From contig OZ316894.1 in NCBI GenBank assembly GCA_973895155.1, positions 13,635,580 to 13,699,579 on the forward strand: a DNA stretch of 64,000 nucleotides, read 5' to 3'. Shown one piece after another: positions 8,741-21,305 of the stretch. The notes beneath the pieces are model-generated. The model had not been told where the DNA came from, ran no database searches, and was given only the letters and a program-made list of their open reading frames with translations. The position numbers and the translations under genes are program-made. Numbering within the stretch: position 1 is the first letter of the stretch; every line of letters starts with the position of its first letter. The stretch comes from Marsupella aquatica. Its lineage: Eukaryota; Plantae; Marchantiophyta.

Positions 8741-11700
8741 ATGCGAGAATTTAAACTACTATCCTATACTACTAAGCTATACTTAGGAGGAACTTACTAA
8801 ACAAAGAATCCCCATGACAGTACCCGTACCCATACAACCTCAGGCTCAGCTTCAGCTTCAGCCGCAGCCTAGCCAAATCCCACCACCGATCGCCCATCCA
8901 GCATAAGTATGCTCCGTCATCAACGTTGTGGATCTTAGCGATGATGACGAGGCTACCCTACCCTTGACCAGGCGGCCCAGAGGAACAAGCGCTCAGGGGG
9001 CCGACACTATATCGTCCCCACCCCCTGCTCTGACCCCAGGAGCGGCCCCAGCAGACAACATGGTGACCGTGGCTGACCCGGGCCCGTTACTAATGGCAGT
9101 AGCACTACCCAGGCCCGATCGGGAGGATGGGGAGGTATCACCTTCCCCGAGCCAGTCATGGGGGAAGAAGAGGAAGGAATCCGCCACTGCATCCGGGTTA
9201 CCGTTGGCCACGGTAGCCGTGGCCAAGGTGACGATGCACCGCATGGGGGAAAATGTTCACAAAAACATCCTCCATCCTAAGCATGCGGTGTACCTGAAGA
9301 CTCAGGGATTCGAGCACCTCGCCTCCCTCCCCTGGAACACTTGTAGGTACTACGGGGAGGACATGACAGAGTTCGTCAGGAATTATGACGACGCGCGTCA
9401 ACATACTCGGCTACGGGGAAGGAGTATGTCCCTCACGGAAAAACGGCTCAGGATGATCTTCGGGTTACCCGAAGGTGACCATCGAGTCGAATCACGGGCT
9501 CCCGGGGGCAAGGGAGCCAAGTACCAATCTTCAAGTTTTCCCTCAGAGGGAGCAGTGGACAACGGGTTCGTGATGAAGACCTGCCTCATCCCCAAGATAG
9601 CTGAGCGACTGGAGTTCGAGAGGTACGCCCTCCACATGATGGAACCCCGGGGGGAGATCTCCGCCACCCAGGTTATCCAGGTCGAGAACTATCGACCTAG
9701 GAGGTGGGCGTCGTACTTCGCTAAGAAATTCCATGAAGAGATGGAGCGGCGAAGGAAGACACTGTACATTGGCGGGAAGGCGTATTTCGCTAGCCACATC
9801 GAGATCATTCTTGAGTGGTACGCCCGGTTTGATCGACGAACCCTTCCCCGTGTCAACGTTACAAAGCTCGTCCCAGCTAGGTGGGTTTTCCCGGCCTTGG
9901 AGAGACGGCCCCAACCCGAGGCCCGAAGTCCAGCGGACACGCCAGCTTCACCCACCCCACCTCCACAAGTAGCTGTGGTCGTAACCGAGGGGGTACCGGA
10001 TGGGTCGGGTATCACAACCATTGATGTGACCCAACAGACTGGGCTAAGTACAGAAGTCGGTACGACGGAGGTCTTACCCGAGCCCGGTTCTCCCAAAGAC
10101 CCACTAGTGGCTATTTCGGAGAACCGGACATTGCTACAGGAGGACGCTCCAGCCCCTTCCAACGTTACGTCCCCAGGGCTGGACGTCACTGCCCCGGCCC
10201 CCGCGCGTGTAGACGTCTGCCCGTGCCCAACTCCGGACAGGCACAACCTGGACCACCCGAAACTCTTCGTACCGGGTACATTTCTGAACGGGCTTCTGGG
10301 AGATTTCTCTCATCAGATTGCCCGCGATACCGGGGAGTTCGTGGCCCGGAAGGTAGCCTGTTTCTTCAATCAGGAGTTGGTTGCCGCAGTAAAGGCACGA
10401 CGGGCCCAGTCAGAGGCCCTTCAGAGGATAGAGCGGTACCGGGTGGAGTCCGTGTACCTAAAGAACGAAGTTGCGGCTCAAGAGGCTGAGCTTCAGCAAC
10501 TACGACCCAAGGTTGCAGCCGCCGATGAGTTGTTAGCAAAGGCGCACACTCTTACCGCCCTAGCCGAACAGGCCAAAGCTGGGAACGAGGCCGAGATTAC
10601 ACGACTCCGGAACCAGATTGACAGTTTGAAGAATCAAACTGTCACCTGGCAGAAAGACCTGGAGGAGGCCGAGGAACGGGCCCAACGGGACACGGCGGAG
10701 ATAGCCACGCTGCAGGCCGAGGTGGCGCGGCTCCAAACCGAGGCCGAGAAGCAGGACCAGCTGGCGGGTAAACTGACAAGTGACGCCCAACAGTTGGAGG
10801 AGGCTTGTCAGGAGGCAGCAGAGGAGACGGACGCGGCGAGGCGAGAGAACAAATCTCTGCTGGACCAGGTCCACCTCCTCAAGGCGGACAATGACAAGTT
10901 TCGAAGGCAGCGGGATGGCCACTCCCATTCAGGCGGCTCTGGCAAGCGTGCCAAGCATTAGCGGCAGAGTAGGAATAGATTAGGATTAGGACTAGCTTAG
11001 TCAGGTTCTTGGGACAGGCACCTGCCTTCGGTACAGCATTGCTGCCATGCTGTCCAGCCTGCATAGATTAGGATCTTCTAATAAGACAGCCGTTTCCGGC
11101 CTGACTATCAGCTTAGTTAAGACCTTAGTCAGTGAATCTTCGGCGAGAGGACACCCCGTCCCTCGGCCCTTAGTATTTAGTGCACCCCTCGGTAGAGGCA
11201 GGGGGGTTTTTAGTTGCAGAGTTGGGCGTCCGCAGTAGATGCGGGGAGTCCCGACCTCTGGGAATGAAAGAGTACCAAGGGGAGGGGGTAGGACTAAGCT
11301 CGCCGGGCGAGTGCGGAGCCGGGCTCCGTTGTAGTGTGCACCCTCGGCCTTGAACCTGTTCATTCCGGGGCTGTCGGGTCAACTAAGTGTACGCATATGT
11401 TCCCTTTGTAGTAAAATCCTTTCCCATCATTTTCCTTCGTGTAAATCGAGATTGTATGCATGTGCGCGTGTATGTGTGTGGGTTTCTTGTATATGGGTGG
11501 CAGCGCCAGGCCGAACGCACTACCTGAGACATGCACAGGGTGCAGTCTGCGGGTAAGTGGTTGCGAGCACGGGTTGAGGACCTGTATCATCGAATCCGGA
11601 TCGAAGGCGGATAGCACGAAGGCTTAGAAGTCCTTAAGCCGGGGTCGATCCTGCTATCGACTAAGGTACGTTCCGGCGGCGGAACACAAACCATACCTAG

Positions 11701-11867
11701 GAGGTGTCCGTATTTAGCAGTATGCGCACTTAGCGCTAGTTTACAAGAGTAAGGTGCATTACGTGCTTCCCTTCCTGCCCGAACCCTCAGATTTACGAGG
11801 GATGGGCCCGTCTAAGCTGAAGTCTGAGTTAAGGCCGCAGCCGATGACGTGACATAGCCTTTGTTTT

Positions 11868-11884
11868 TGGCGCTAGATGGAGGG
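11868..11884 (+). promoter_or_regulatory. Primer binding site of A (TGGCGCTAGATGGAGGG), probably tRNA-Asn, 13 nt from LTR end
   Basis: Starts TGG. Complementary with one mismatch to the plant tRNA-Asn(GUU) 3' end CCCUCCUUCUAGCGCCA, recalled from memory. Confidence 0.7.
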
Positions 11885-14800
11885 GGCACTCTACATATCG
11901 TAGAGGGGAGACATGTGCGTATTCACCTAGGCAGGATACATCAAGACGTAGTACTAACCATCGCATTTATATGAGTAAATGCCCGTCACTCGTTCTCAAG
12001 CAGCTTACTTGAGGAGATTGACCAGCGAACGAGAAAGTGCAACCACGACAAGTTCCGATTCTTTGGACTCGGAAGACTCGCACTCGCCCCGACGTATGAA
12101 CATACCCCCGGGACCTTCGGGGTCCGGTTCGACCGGTCCTCCAGCGGTTCCACCGCCACCACCACCGCCACCACCACCACCACCACCACCTATGGCAGCC
12201 GCTCCACCAATGGCCCGCGCTGCTCAAGCTCCTCCACAAATATCGCAACGATCATGATTTCATTATCGACCTTTCAAGGGGCGTCATGGGGATGATCCGG
12301 ATGAATGGTTGGATGAGTTTGAAGCCACTGCTAAAGCTAATGGGGAAGACGCCATTAAGCTAACCGTCCTCCAGGGAGTGATGCGGGGAGAAGCTCGTCC
12401 ATGGTGCAACTCGTTGCCGCCCGGGACTACATGGGCACAATTCCAAGCTGCATTGCTGCAGGAGTTTCGTGCCATTGGATCGGAACAGCGTTCTCTATTA
12501 AAGATTGGCCAGCTTCGCATGGGAAAGAAGGAGTCCCTGCGGAAGTTCATTCAGAAGTTTCAGAAACTTGCGGCCAAGATCCGGCCCAAGCCGGGAGACG
12601 CGCTCCAGCTTACATGGTTCCTTCATGGTTTGCCCACGAATATGCAATTCTGGGTACGCCAAAATAATCCGATTTCAATGCAGGCGGCCATAGCGTGCGC
12701 CGAGACTTACCGGGAGTCCACCTATAACTCCCGGCGGAGCCAGCGAGCACGCCGCAAGAAGGGTAAGTACGAGACCTTCAGTCAGTGACTCCGAATCGGA
12801 CGAGAGGAAGAAGAAATGCAAGAAGAAAAAGAAACATTGTTCGACCTCGTCTAGCTCAGAGACAGAATCCAGTTCGGATTCAGCTTCAAGCACTGGATCC
12901 TCTACCTCCAGTTCATCAGGAAGTGACTCGGAGAGCGAAAGCTGGAGCAAAAAGAAGAAGAGACGAGTGAAGAAGGAGGGGAAGATCAAACCCCGGGCGC
13001 GAAGAACGATACCAGATCCAAAGGCTGCCGAAGCAGACAAGCTGAACAAAATCACGGATCGACTCAAAGCACTGTCAGTACATCTTGCAGAAAAGCCGGT
13101 GGAGAAGAAGAAGCCATCTGAGATTCGAGCCCATGCGTGGTGTTCAAAGTGCTTCCAATCCGGCCATGTGGTGCAGGAATGCCCAAGGTGGAAGAATCGA
13201 GTTCACCAAGTAGAGCTGGATGATGTTGACAACCCGGGTCCCGAATCGGAGTCCATAGAGTATTTCTTTGAGGACCCTCCTGATTCCGTGTACCAAATTT
13301 CAACGGTAGGTCCGCGTAATTTAGCGGGTAGAACTGCGTACCCCTACCCAAACAATGGCCGGAGTTTCCAGGTTATCAGTAACCCGAGCATCCCTCCTAA
13401 GCCAGAAATTTGGCAATCCCCGGTTTGTTATAACTGTGAAAAGCCAGGACACTTTGCAAGGGAATGCACTGAACCAAGACGACAGGGAGATGGCCGAGGC
13501 ACCCCACTATGTCAAGTTTGCAAAACGGAGGCTCATTCCACGGCCAACTATCCATTGGTAATCGCTGCTCGAACGAGCGCAGCTAGACCGGCCCAGGCTG
13601 GACCGGCCACGAGCGATGCAGTCGTCCAAATGATTGCTGTAGAATGGCAAGATGACAATACCGAGTGCTACCGAGTGTCGACAAGGGCCGAACAAAAGGA
13701 AGAGAAGACGGAGGAGAAACGAAGGAAAAAGCAAGATACTACTCCGGTGCAGCCAGCGATAGATATACCCTCGGAGAAGGACGATGACTACCGACGGGAC
13801 GACCCGAAGCTATTTTTCCCCCGCATCGAAGAATTGGTAAAGAAACAGCTGGAGGCCTACGAAGCTCGGGAATACCAAAAGGCAATCGATAAGGACATCA
13901 AAGCAGCCGAGACCGCCCGGCGCCAGGAGCAAGAGGAGCAAGAAAAGCAAGAGGAAGCCAAGCTGCAGCCGAAAGAGGATAAAAAGGAGAACTATGATAT
14001 TAAGGAAGACGTGAAGAGTTGCCCGGTTACAGCGACGGTGGGGCAACTGCTACAGAACAACCCACAGTACAGACGGCAACTAAGGGAGTTGCTCATGGGT
14101 CGCCAAAGGAGAAGACTACCCCGAGTTGGGATTGCGGACTGCAACATGATATGCGAGGACCTTGGAGCGTCGGACATCTCGATCGAAATTAATAATTGTA
14201 CCATCAAGATGGTTCTTGTAGACGGAGGAGCGAGAGTCAACATCATGACTGAAGAAACGTCAGTCAAGTTAGGATACCTCACGTATCAACCCACAGCCCG
14301 AGCTATCAGATTAGCAAATGGGGCAAGGGTCCTCCCATTAGGCACGCTCACACAAGTGCTCACTCTGGTGGGAGGGGTGGAGTTCTATCTCAACTTCCTA
14401 GTTATGAGGCCGGTTCGTCCCTCCTCTTACCCGATTCTTCTGGGCAGGCCCTGGCTGTACGGTGGCCGCGTAGTCACGGATTGGGGAAAGAAGGAGCTAC
14501 GGTTCGGGGAACCCACCGTACGGGTATCATGGGCAATGGACGATTATCAAGGAGAAACCCCACAAGGACCCGAGGAATATGATTTGGAGACCTCGGAGGA
14601 AGAGGAACTCAATATGATTGAACTCATCTCGTCCCTGTCCGAGGAAGATGTCTTCAGAGTTGAAGCAACCCGCGAAACGCATCTCCTAAATTACCCAAGG
14701 GCTGCCATTGAGTCCACCCCAAGCACATCTACTTCCGGGGATGAGGAAACGCACGAACAACTCGTCGAGACGGAGGACACGGCTCCAGCTAAGCAGGGAG

Positions 14801-17606
14801 CCGAGGCTGCTTCTACCGTTGCAGAACCTCGTGACCACGAACCAGCCCAACAACCGCCCGAGGCCGAAAACTCGAGACCGAGACATAAGAAACGAGTCTC
14901 ATGGGATCCGTCCATTCCACAATTGGAGGAAGTAACTCCAATCCCGAGACCAATCCCGGTTCCACCCATGTACGGAGGAGTTCGGTTAGCCGAGCTTGAT
15001 GCGAGCCTGGACCCGAGCCTGCGAAACCAGGTTGAAGTCATCAGGAAGGAGCACTACCGGAAGTACACCATTGGGATGGACAAATCTTTTAACCTGGGCC
15101 ACGCTCTGACAGGGGAGGCTGAAAAATCCATCCAAGCTTTGCTCAAGGAATATGAAGATGTGTTTGCATGGAGTCATCATGATTTAATAGGCATCTCCCC
15201 CGAGTTGGGAGAACACACGATCGATCTGAACCTAGGAGCCCATGCGGTACGGCAGCGACAACGTCGCATGAACCCGAGGTACTCCGTCTTAGTGAAGGAG
15301 GAAATTGATCGTCTCATCGCCGCCGATATCATCTACCCGGTAATGGCCAGCGACTGGGTCTCTCCCATTGTCATTGTACCAAAGAAGGGAGGTACGGATG
15401 GAAAACCTAAGATTCATATTTGTTAGGACTACCGTAAGCTGAACGACACAACCCGCAAAGACCATTACCCATTACCATTCACGGATATGGTCCTAGATAT
15501 GGTAGCCCGAAATGAAATCTATACATTTCTTGACGGGTATTCAGGTTATAACCAAATCTGGATTCGCCTCGCGGATCAGCTCAAAACAACTTTCACCACG
15601 GAGTGGGGGACTTTCGCATTCCGGAGGATGCCTTTCGGTCTGTGTAATGCCCCGGCCATGTTTCAGCGCCTGATGATGAATATCTTCCACGATTTCCTAC
15701 GGGAATTTCTGGAGATATTTATCGATGACTTCGCCATCTTCGGAACCGTTGCCATGCACCCCGAACACCTAAGACGAACGTTGCAACAATGCCGAGATGT
15801 TAACCTCAAACTACATCCCGCCAAATGCTTCTTCGGGGTAGAGGAGGGGGTGTTACTCGGGCATCGTGTGTCCAAACGGGGCATTGAGGTGGACCAAGAG
15901 AAAGTTGCGGCCTGGATGGCAGTGGTGTTCCCCGTGGATCAAAAAGCAATACGATCCTTCTTGGGCTGCGTAGGGTATTATCGTCGGTTCATTAAAGATT
16001 TTGCTAAAATAGCTTTGCCCCTAACAGAGATGATGAAAAAGGATGCGGTGATCGAGGAGACCCCAAGGAGACGGGTTGCTTTCGAAGAACTCCGTAAAAG
16101 ACTCACCACCGCACCTATCATGGTCACTCCAGACTGGAACAAGGAGTTCCACGTGTATGTCGACGTGTCAGGGTTCTGTATCGGGTCTGTGCTTAGTCAG
16201 CTTGATACAGACGGACGTGATCACCCCATCTACTTCGCTAGCCGACAATTATTCACAACCGAAAAAAATTATTCCCCCACGGATCGAGAGGCAATGGGCA
16301 TAATCTACTCATGTAAGAAGTTCCGGCACTACCTGCTCGGCTACAAGGTCATCTTCCACACGGATCACGACAGCCTGAAGTACATGGTCAACAAAGCAGA
16401 CGTAACGGGACGGATAGCCCGTTGGGTGCTACTTCTCCAGGAATTTAACTACAAAGTTCGGGTTCGACCAGGAAAGGCACACCTCAATGCCGACTTCTTT
16501 TCACGGCTGGACGGCATACCAGTCGATCAGCCAATTGATGATATTTTTCCGGATGAGGAGTTGTTCCACGTAGGGGAGGGGACACCAATGTGGTACGGCT
16601 CGATAATCACCTTCCTTTTAACAGGCCACATCCCTAACGGCATCAATCAGGAGGCCGCCGCTGTGTTTCTACGGAAAGCCGAGCCTGTGGTGCGTCCCAT
16701 GGCTCCCTAAACCCAAGAAACCCCCCAGCTCAAGCCGATTCCCGCAGGTTTCGTGCTTGGCGAGGCCGTTTCCGCGGCTTAGCGGCATGGGACGCTGCTA
16801 ACCTTCTACTACTACTATTAACATTTTACACACATATACTGGACAGATCCTTCATCGGGTCATGAGATACGTAGCCGGCCTAATATAGGCCTTCCCCTGT
16901 CTTCCCCTGTCTTCCCCTCCGTCTTGTTAGGTATGTTTGGATTCCGCCGCCGGAATGATCCCCAATAGGCTTGGTTAAGCCGCTAAGACCTCTCTCAGCT
17001 CGACACATCCAACTCTCACTCCCCTGCTTACTTTCCTTCCTTCTGTTGATGTGGGCACTCTTCACACAAGTTAATGCGACACACAAATAGCAAAATGACT
17101 CATTCTGACTGAGTCATACCATGCACTTGCCATACAAACAGTACATCTCATACACAAGTTCTGCGAACTAAGCCGTGAGGCCAACTCTATTCAGCTCTTA
17201 GGCATGAGGAAACATGAATATACACAAGGGTCACTGTATGACTAACCGAGAGCTTCTCGTACTACTTGATCCCAGCCCAGCTGGTGCAAACTAAAAACTT
17301 GCTAAAGAAGAGGCCCTGAGCTCCCCGCTGCCCAGGTACTTATCCTGGTAGTGGATCCGCCATTCTTTGCATCGTAAGCCTAATCTACTTAACAGTAATC
17401 TACTTGCCCGAATCTACCTATGTACAGCAAGGCAGGAGCACAAGTGTTGCTCCTACCAGTGGAACCGCAATCCCACTAAGCTAAGTGTCAGGGCCGCTCC
17501 TGGTTCTGATCCTAATCCTAAACGTGGAGATCCGTGCCCGCCCTGCCCACTCACGCCTCCTCCCTCCACGTCCGCCCTCCCTAAAAGGAACGGCGCCCTT
17601 GCACCG

Positions 17607-20600
17607 TCACGACACCGGTGGTGGATCCTCAATGGACGCCCCCAACACTTCCTCCTCAGCCACTGCCGTTGGCCCGCCTACTGACAGATTACCTGCCCTT
17701 GACCGAGTCAACTCTCCATCGGCCTGACTGGGTCCACCTTCGGCTTCAGCCTCGACAACTCCCACGGCTTCGGCTTCAGCCACCCCCACGGCTTCGGCTT
17801 CAGCCAACCCCACGGCTTCGGCTTCAGCCAACCCCACGGCTTCGGCCTCAGCCAACCCCACGGCTTCGGCCTCCCCTTCCCCTAGGGTAGTTGGATCCTT
17901 AGCCGTGACCCTGTCTGGGGTCGGTGCTGGGTCTACCTCCTTGATCACCACGGCCTGTGAAGTCGTATTACTCCTTGACCCTGAAGGTTTCCGCTTCTTC
18001 TTCGTTGGTGGCTCGGCAGCTGGTCCCTTCCCCTTCCCACTTACCTCCGGCACTGGTGCAGGTGGCGCGGCTTGTCCTTCGGCAATTACCACCCCTGGTA
18101 ACTGGTTTGTCCCAACAGGAGATGGACCTGCTGCAGCTAAGCATTTAAATACTGCGGCTTGTTTCTTCAGCCGCTCTGTTTGGTTGTCGGCCCGCCGCTG
18201 TAGGTTCTCCATCTTCCTCGTGATTTCCTCCAACTCCTCTTGGGTTTCATCCAGGTCCTTACGTGCCCCCTCCAGCTCGTTTTTGGCCTCCTCCTGCTCC
18301 CTGTGGGCTTCCTCCAATTCCTTCTTCAAGGTAGCCTTCTCTTCCTGGGTTGCTCTTAGCTCCTTGTCGAGCTCTGCAATGATGACAGACTCCATCTGGT
18401 TCATCTTGGCGTAAGTCTGTTCGAGCATCTCGTCCTTCTCCCTTAGGTCGGCCTTGAAGCTGGCCGTCAGGGACGCAAGCTCCTGCTGCAGCGCCATAAT
18501 CCCTTGATAGGATTTCCCTAACTCGACCTCCTTCTGCTCAAGGGCTCCGCGGATTTTCTCGAGCTCCCCTTTCAACGCCCATTCCTGTCTTTGGGTCTCC
18601 GCCATGGCCCGGCTGTTGGCTGTTATGTGGGCCTCCTCTGTATTCTTCAGCTCTTGCTTCCACTTTTCCCTTTCTTTGATCGTGTCGGCCAACTCTTCCT
18701 GCGTCTGAGTCAGTTTATCCTTGATATTCTGATTATCAGCCTGCGCGGCGTCCAACTGCCCCTGCATGATGTTCAGCTCATGTCGTTTAATCCGCAGTTC
18801 ATCTTGGGCTTTCTTGGCCGCCCTTAGATCTTCAATCTCGGCTCCCATCCTCCTAAGCCGCCGAATGACCTCGTCCTTCTTGCTTCTCTCTAAAGCCACC
18901 GCTTCTTCTAATTGGTGCTTCTCCAACTGCTCCCTATGGAAAAAGGGTCCTACCTCCAACTCCTCTCCAAAGATGCCGAGCGCAAGTTCCCCCCACATCT
19001 CACCATACTCCATGGCTCTATTCTTAGCGTAGGTGGAGTAAGTAGAAGTGATCGGCATCGCCCATCGTGGCCTCTGCTCCCAAGCCGTCCTGCGGATCTC
19101 TTCAATCGTGGCTAGAGGTTTGCTTCCTTTTTCGGCTAGCCGCCTGATGTCCTCCGGCCAATCTCCTCCTGGTAAATCCTTTTCCTTAGCCAGGGCGGCC
19201 TCTTCCTCCTGCTTGATTCGCTCCTGAAATTCCTGCACCGTCTGTTTTATGCCGTCGAAGCTCGGGGGAGCAACATCTGGTGGGGGAGACTCAGGGCTAC
19301 TCTGCTGGTTGGGGTCCCCTCGCACTACCCTTGGAAGTGTGGGGACAAACCGGCCACAGGTCCTTACTCCTGGAACGTGATGGTCCGACCCATAGCCGGA
19401 ATTATCATGGCTGCAGTCCTCCACTGCCTCCTCTACCTCTTGGATTTCCGGCTTCTCCCTCTCCTCTTCCTCGGTAGGAGCTTCAGGCAATTCTGCCTCA
19501 GATTCGGAGCTTGAGGTTCCCACGTACATTCGAACACCTGGCTTGGATTCCGGCCTGATTCTCTCCTTGTCTCCAGCAAAGGGGTTTTCTCTTGTGAGCC
19601 GGTGTAGGCCTACCTCTGTAGTAGTGTCCTGCATTGTTGCCGTTGCCGTTGTTGTTGCCGATGCCGATTTCTTTTCTTTCTCCAGTAGTTTCAGCAGACT
19701 CTGCATGCCTGGTTGCTGCATCGGCAAGTCTTCCTTCCTGGGCCTAAACACCTGCTCGATCGTAGGACTAACAGGTGGTTGAGGCTTCTCAGCCAACGGC
19801 CTCGGCGTTGGAGCTTCCTCGGGTGCCCTTACCTGCAGGGGAAGTACCGGGGCAAAAGTCTGACCTCTGGCATACCGGCACAACAGCGGCATGTGATAGC
19901 CAAGCCGCGACACGCTCCCCATGCCGATTACCTGCTGCTCCTCCTTTAAGATCTTCTTCAATTGGTTGAGGAGGTACCCGTTGTAGTCCCGGCTTGGGTC
20001 TGGCCTTTCTGCCAGATAGACCTGTGCCTTGCCAATCTCTGCCCTCGGCAAGTTACAATGCATGGTCACCCGCAAGAAGTCGATCATCTCTCCTATGTGC
20101 GGGTTGGTGCAGGTGTTCCGGAAGAAGCCATTCTTCGTTGATGGCCCGGGGAACGACCGGAACTCCTTGTCAGGCAAGGTCTTCCTGGTATCAACTTTGG
20201 TCTTATTGCCCATCAGCAAGCCAAACACTTCGGCAATCACCTTGGGAGTAAGATAGAAATCCTTCCCATATATCCTCGTGCAATTGGTCTCGGGTTCCCA
20301 TGACCCCATGAATTCTAATAGGTCTGACTCCGATACCTCCGGCTTCAGCCATGGTAATCTTACAAAGGCCTCCAAGCCGGATCCGGCCATGAAGCCTTGG
20401 TACTTCTTGGTCTGCATGGCCGTAAAGCATGCATCCTCCTCCCGTGCAAAATGTAGTTGCACCTCCACCGGTAGGGTTGCCGCCCAGCCCTTCCAGGTGT
20501 CATCCCTGGTTGGAATGGCCTTGATGGGATCGACCTCCTCCTCTTCGGCTTCTCCCTACCTCCTGCTCTGCTGCTCGGCTGGCTTCTTTGGTGCCGCCGA

Positions 20601-21305
20601 CCTCGTTCTTTTTGCCGGGGTGGCTTCATCGTTGACGGCTCCCTTCCTCTTCATCTCTGCTGCCGTGGAGGTTTCTCCTAGCACCGTTGCCTGGGTCCAC
20701 CTTTCCGTGCTACCCTTTAATTCCCAGTGTATGTCGTTGCAGTTCTTGATGGCCTCTCGGATGCCGACGACGCTGTCTTTGCAAAACAGAAGATCGTCGA
20801 GTTGATTGGAAGTAGGCGTCCACAGGAACTCGTCCTTGATGAGTTCGCCTCCTAAGAAAGCCGTCTTCTGCAGCTCCCACAATCGAGCGAGCTCCTGCCG
20901 TTCTCGAGCTGCCCTTTCTGACTCCTCGTCCTCGTAAGTCTTGATGTACTCAGTTGCCCGTTCGAACAGGCATCCCCAGAAATGTGCCGCTTGATTGACG
21001 TTGCTCATACCCTCCTTAGGTTGATCGTCGGTATCTACTCTCTCCCCGAGTGCTTGCCTAAGCAGCTGACAGTAGTTGGCCTCCCGTAGTCGTCTGCCTA
21101 GTTCGTGCTCGCAAATGAGCCACCATCTCCTGCAAGCGCTCCTTACCCCTCTCCTCTGCCGGTCCTTCTTCCCGTTGATCCTTCCTAGCCGCCGACGCTT
21201 AACGCGCCCTAACCCTAATCGGGTTTTCACCCTCAGCCTTACCTCCGGCCTCTGCCCGGGTTCCATGGTTGCCCCTAATTGTTTATATTTTCCTTGTTTT
21301 GTCAC
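17607..21305 (-). pseudogene. LTR-encoded ~1200-aa protein of family C (same core domain plus long coiled coil), one premature TAG at 20556
   Basis: ORFs 20556..21305 and 17607..20468 are in the same frame; the copy at 56250..57614 reads through with Gln. GLEAFVRLPW…EF…TRIYGKDFYLT…VFGL…NGF aligns with the A/B protein. Confidence 0.88.
17738..17873. repeat. 24-bp coding tandem repeat (AEAEAVG[LV]) x ~5.5
   Basis: Directly visible CCCACGGCTTCGGCTTCAGCCAAC units. Confidence 0.9.

Larger units (their letters stand above)
7306..8819 (-). mobile_element. Insertion D: 1514-bp putative solo LTR with 4-bp TSD
   Basis: Absent from the 3' LTR. Ends TGTCTGGGGG…CCCCATGACA; TSD GTAC at 7302-7305 and 8820-8823; minus-strand TATAAATA at ~8330-8337. 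Confidence 0.88.
6813..10961 (+). pseudogene. LTR-encoded protein (plant transposon-protein-like domain, Pro-rich linkers, coiled coil), split by insertion D and a TAA
   Basis: ORFs 6813..7358 and 8928..10961 align to the intact 880-aa ORF at 48289..50931. Confidence 0.9.
6346..11854 (+). repeat. 5' LTR of element A (~3.99 kb excluding insertion D)
   Basis: Direct repeat of 22600..26231; TG…CA ends. Confidence 0.96.
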
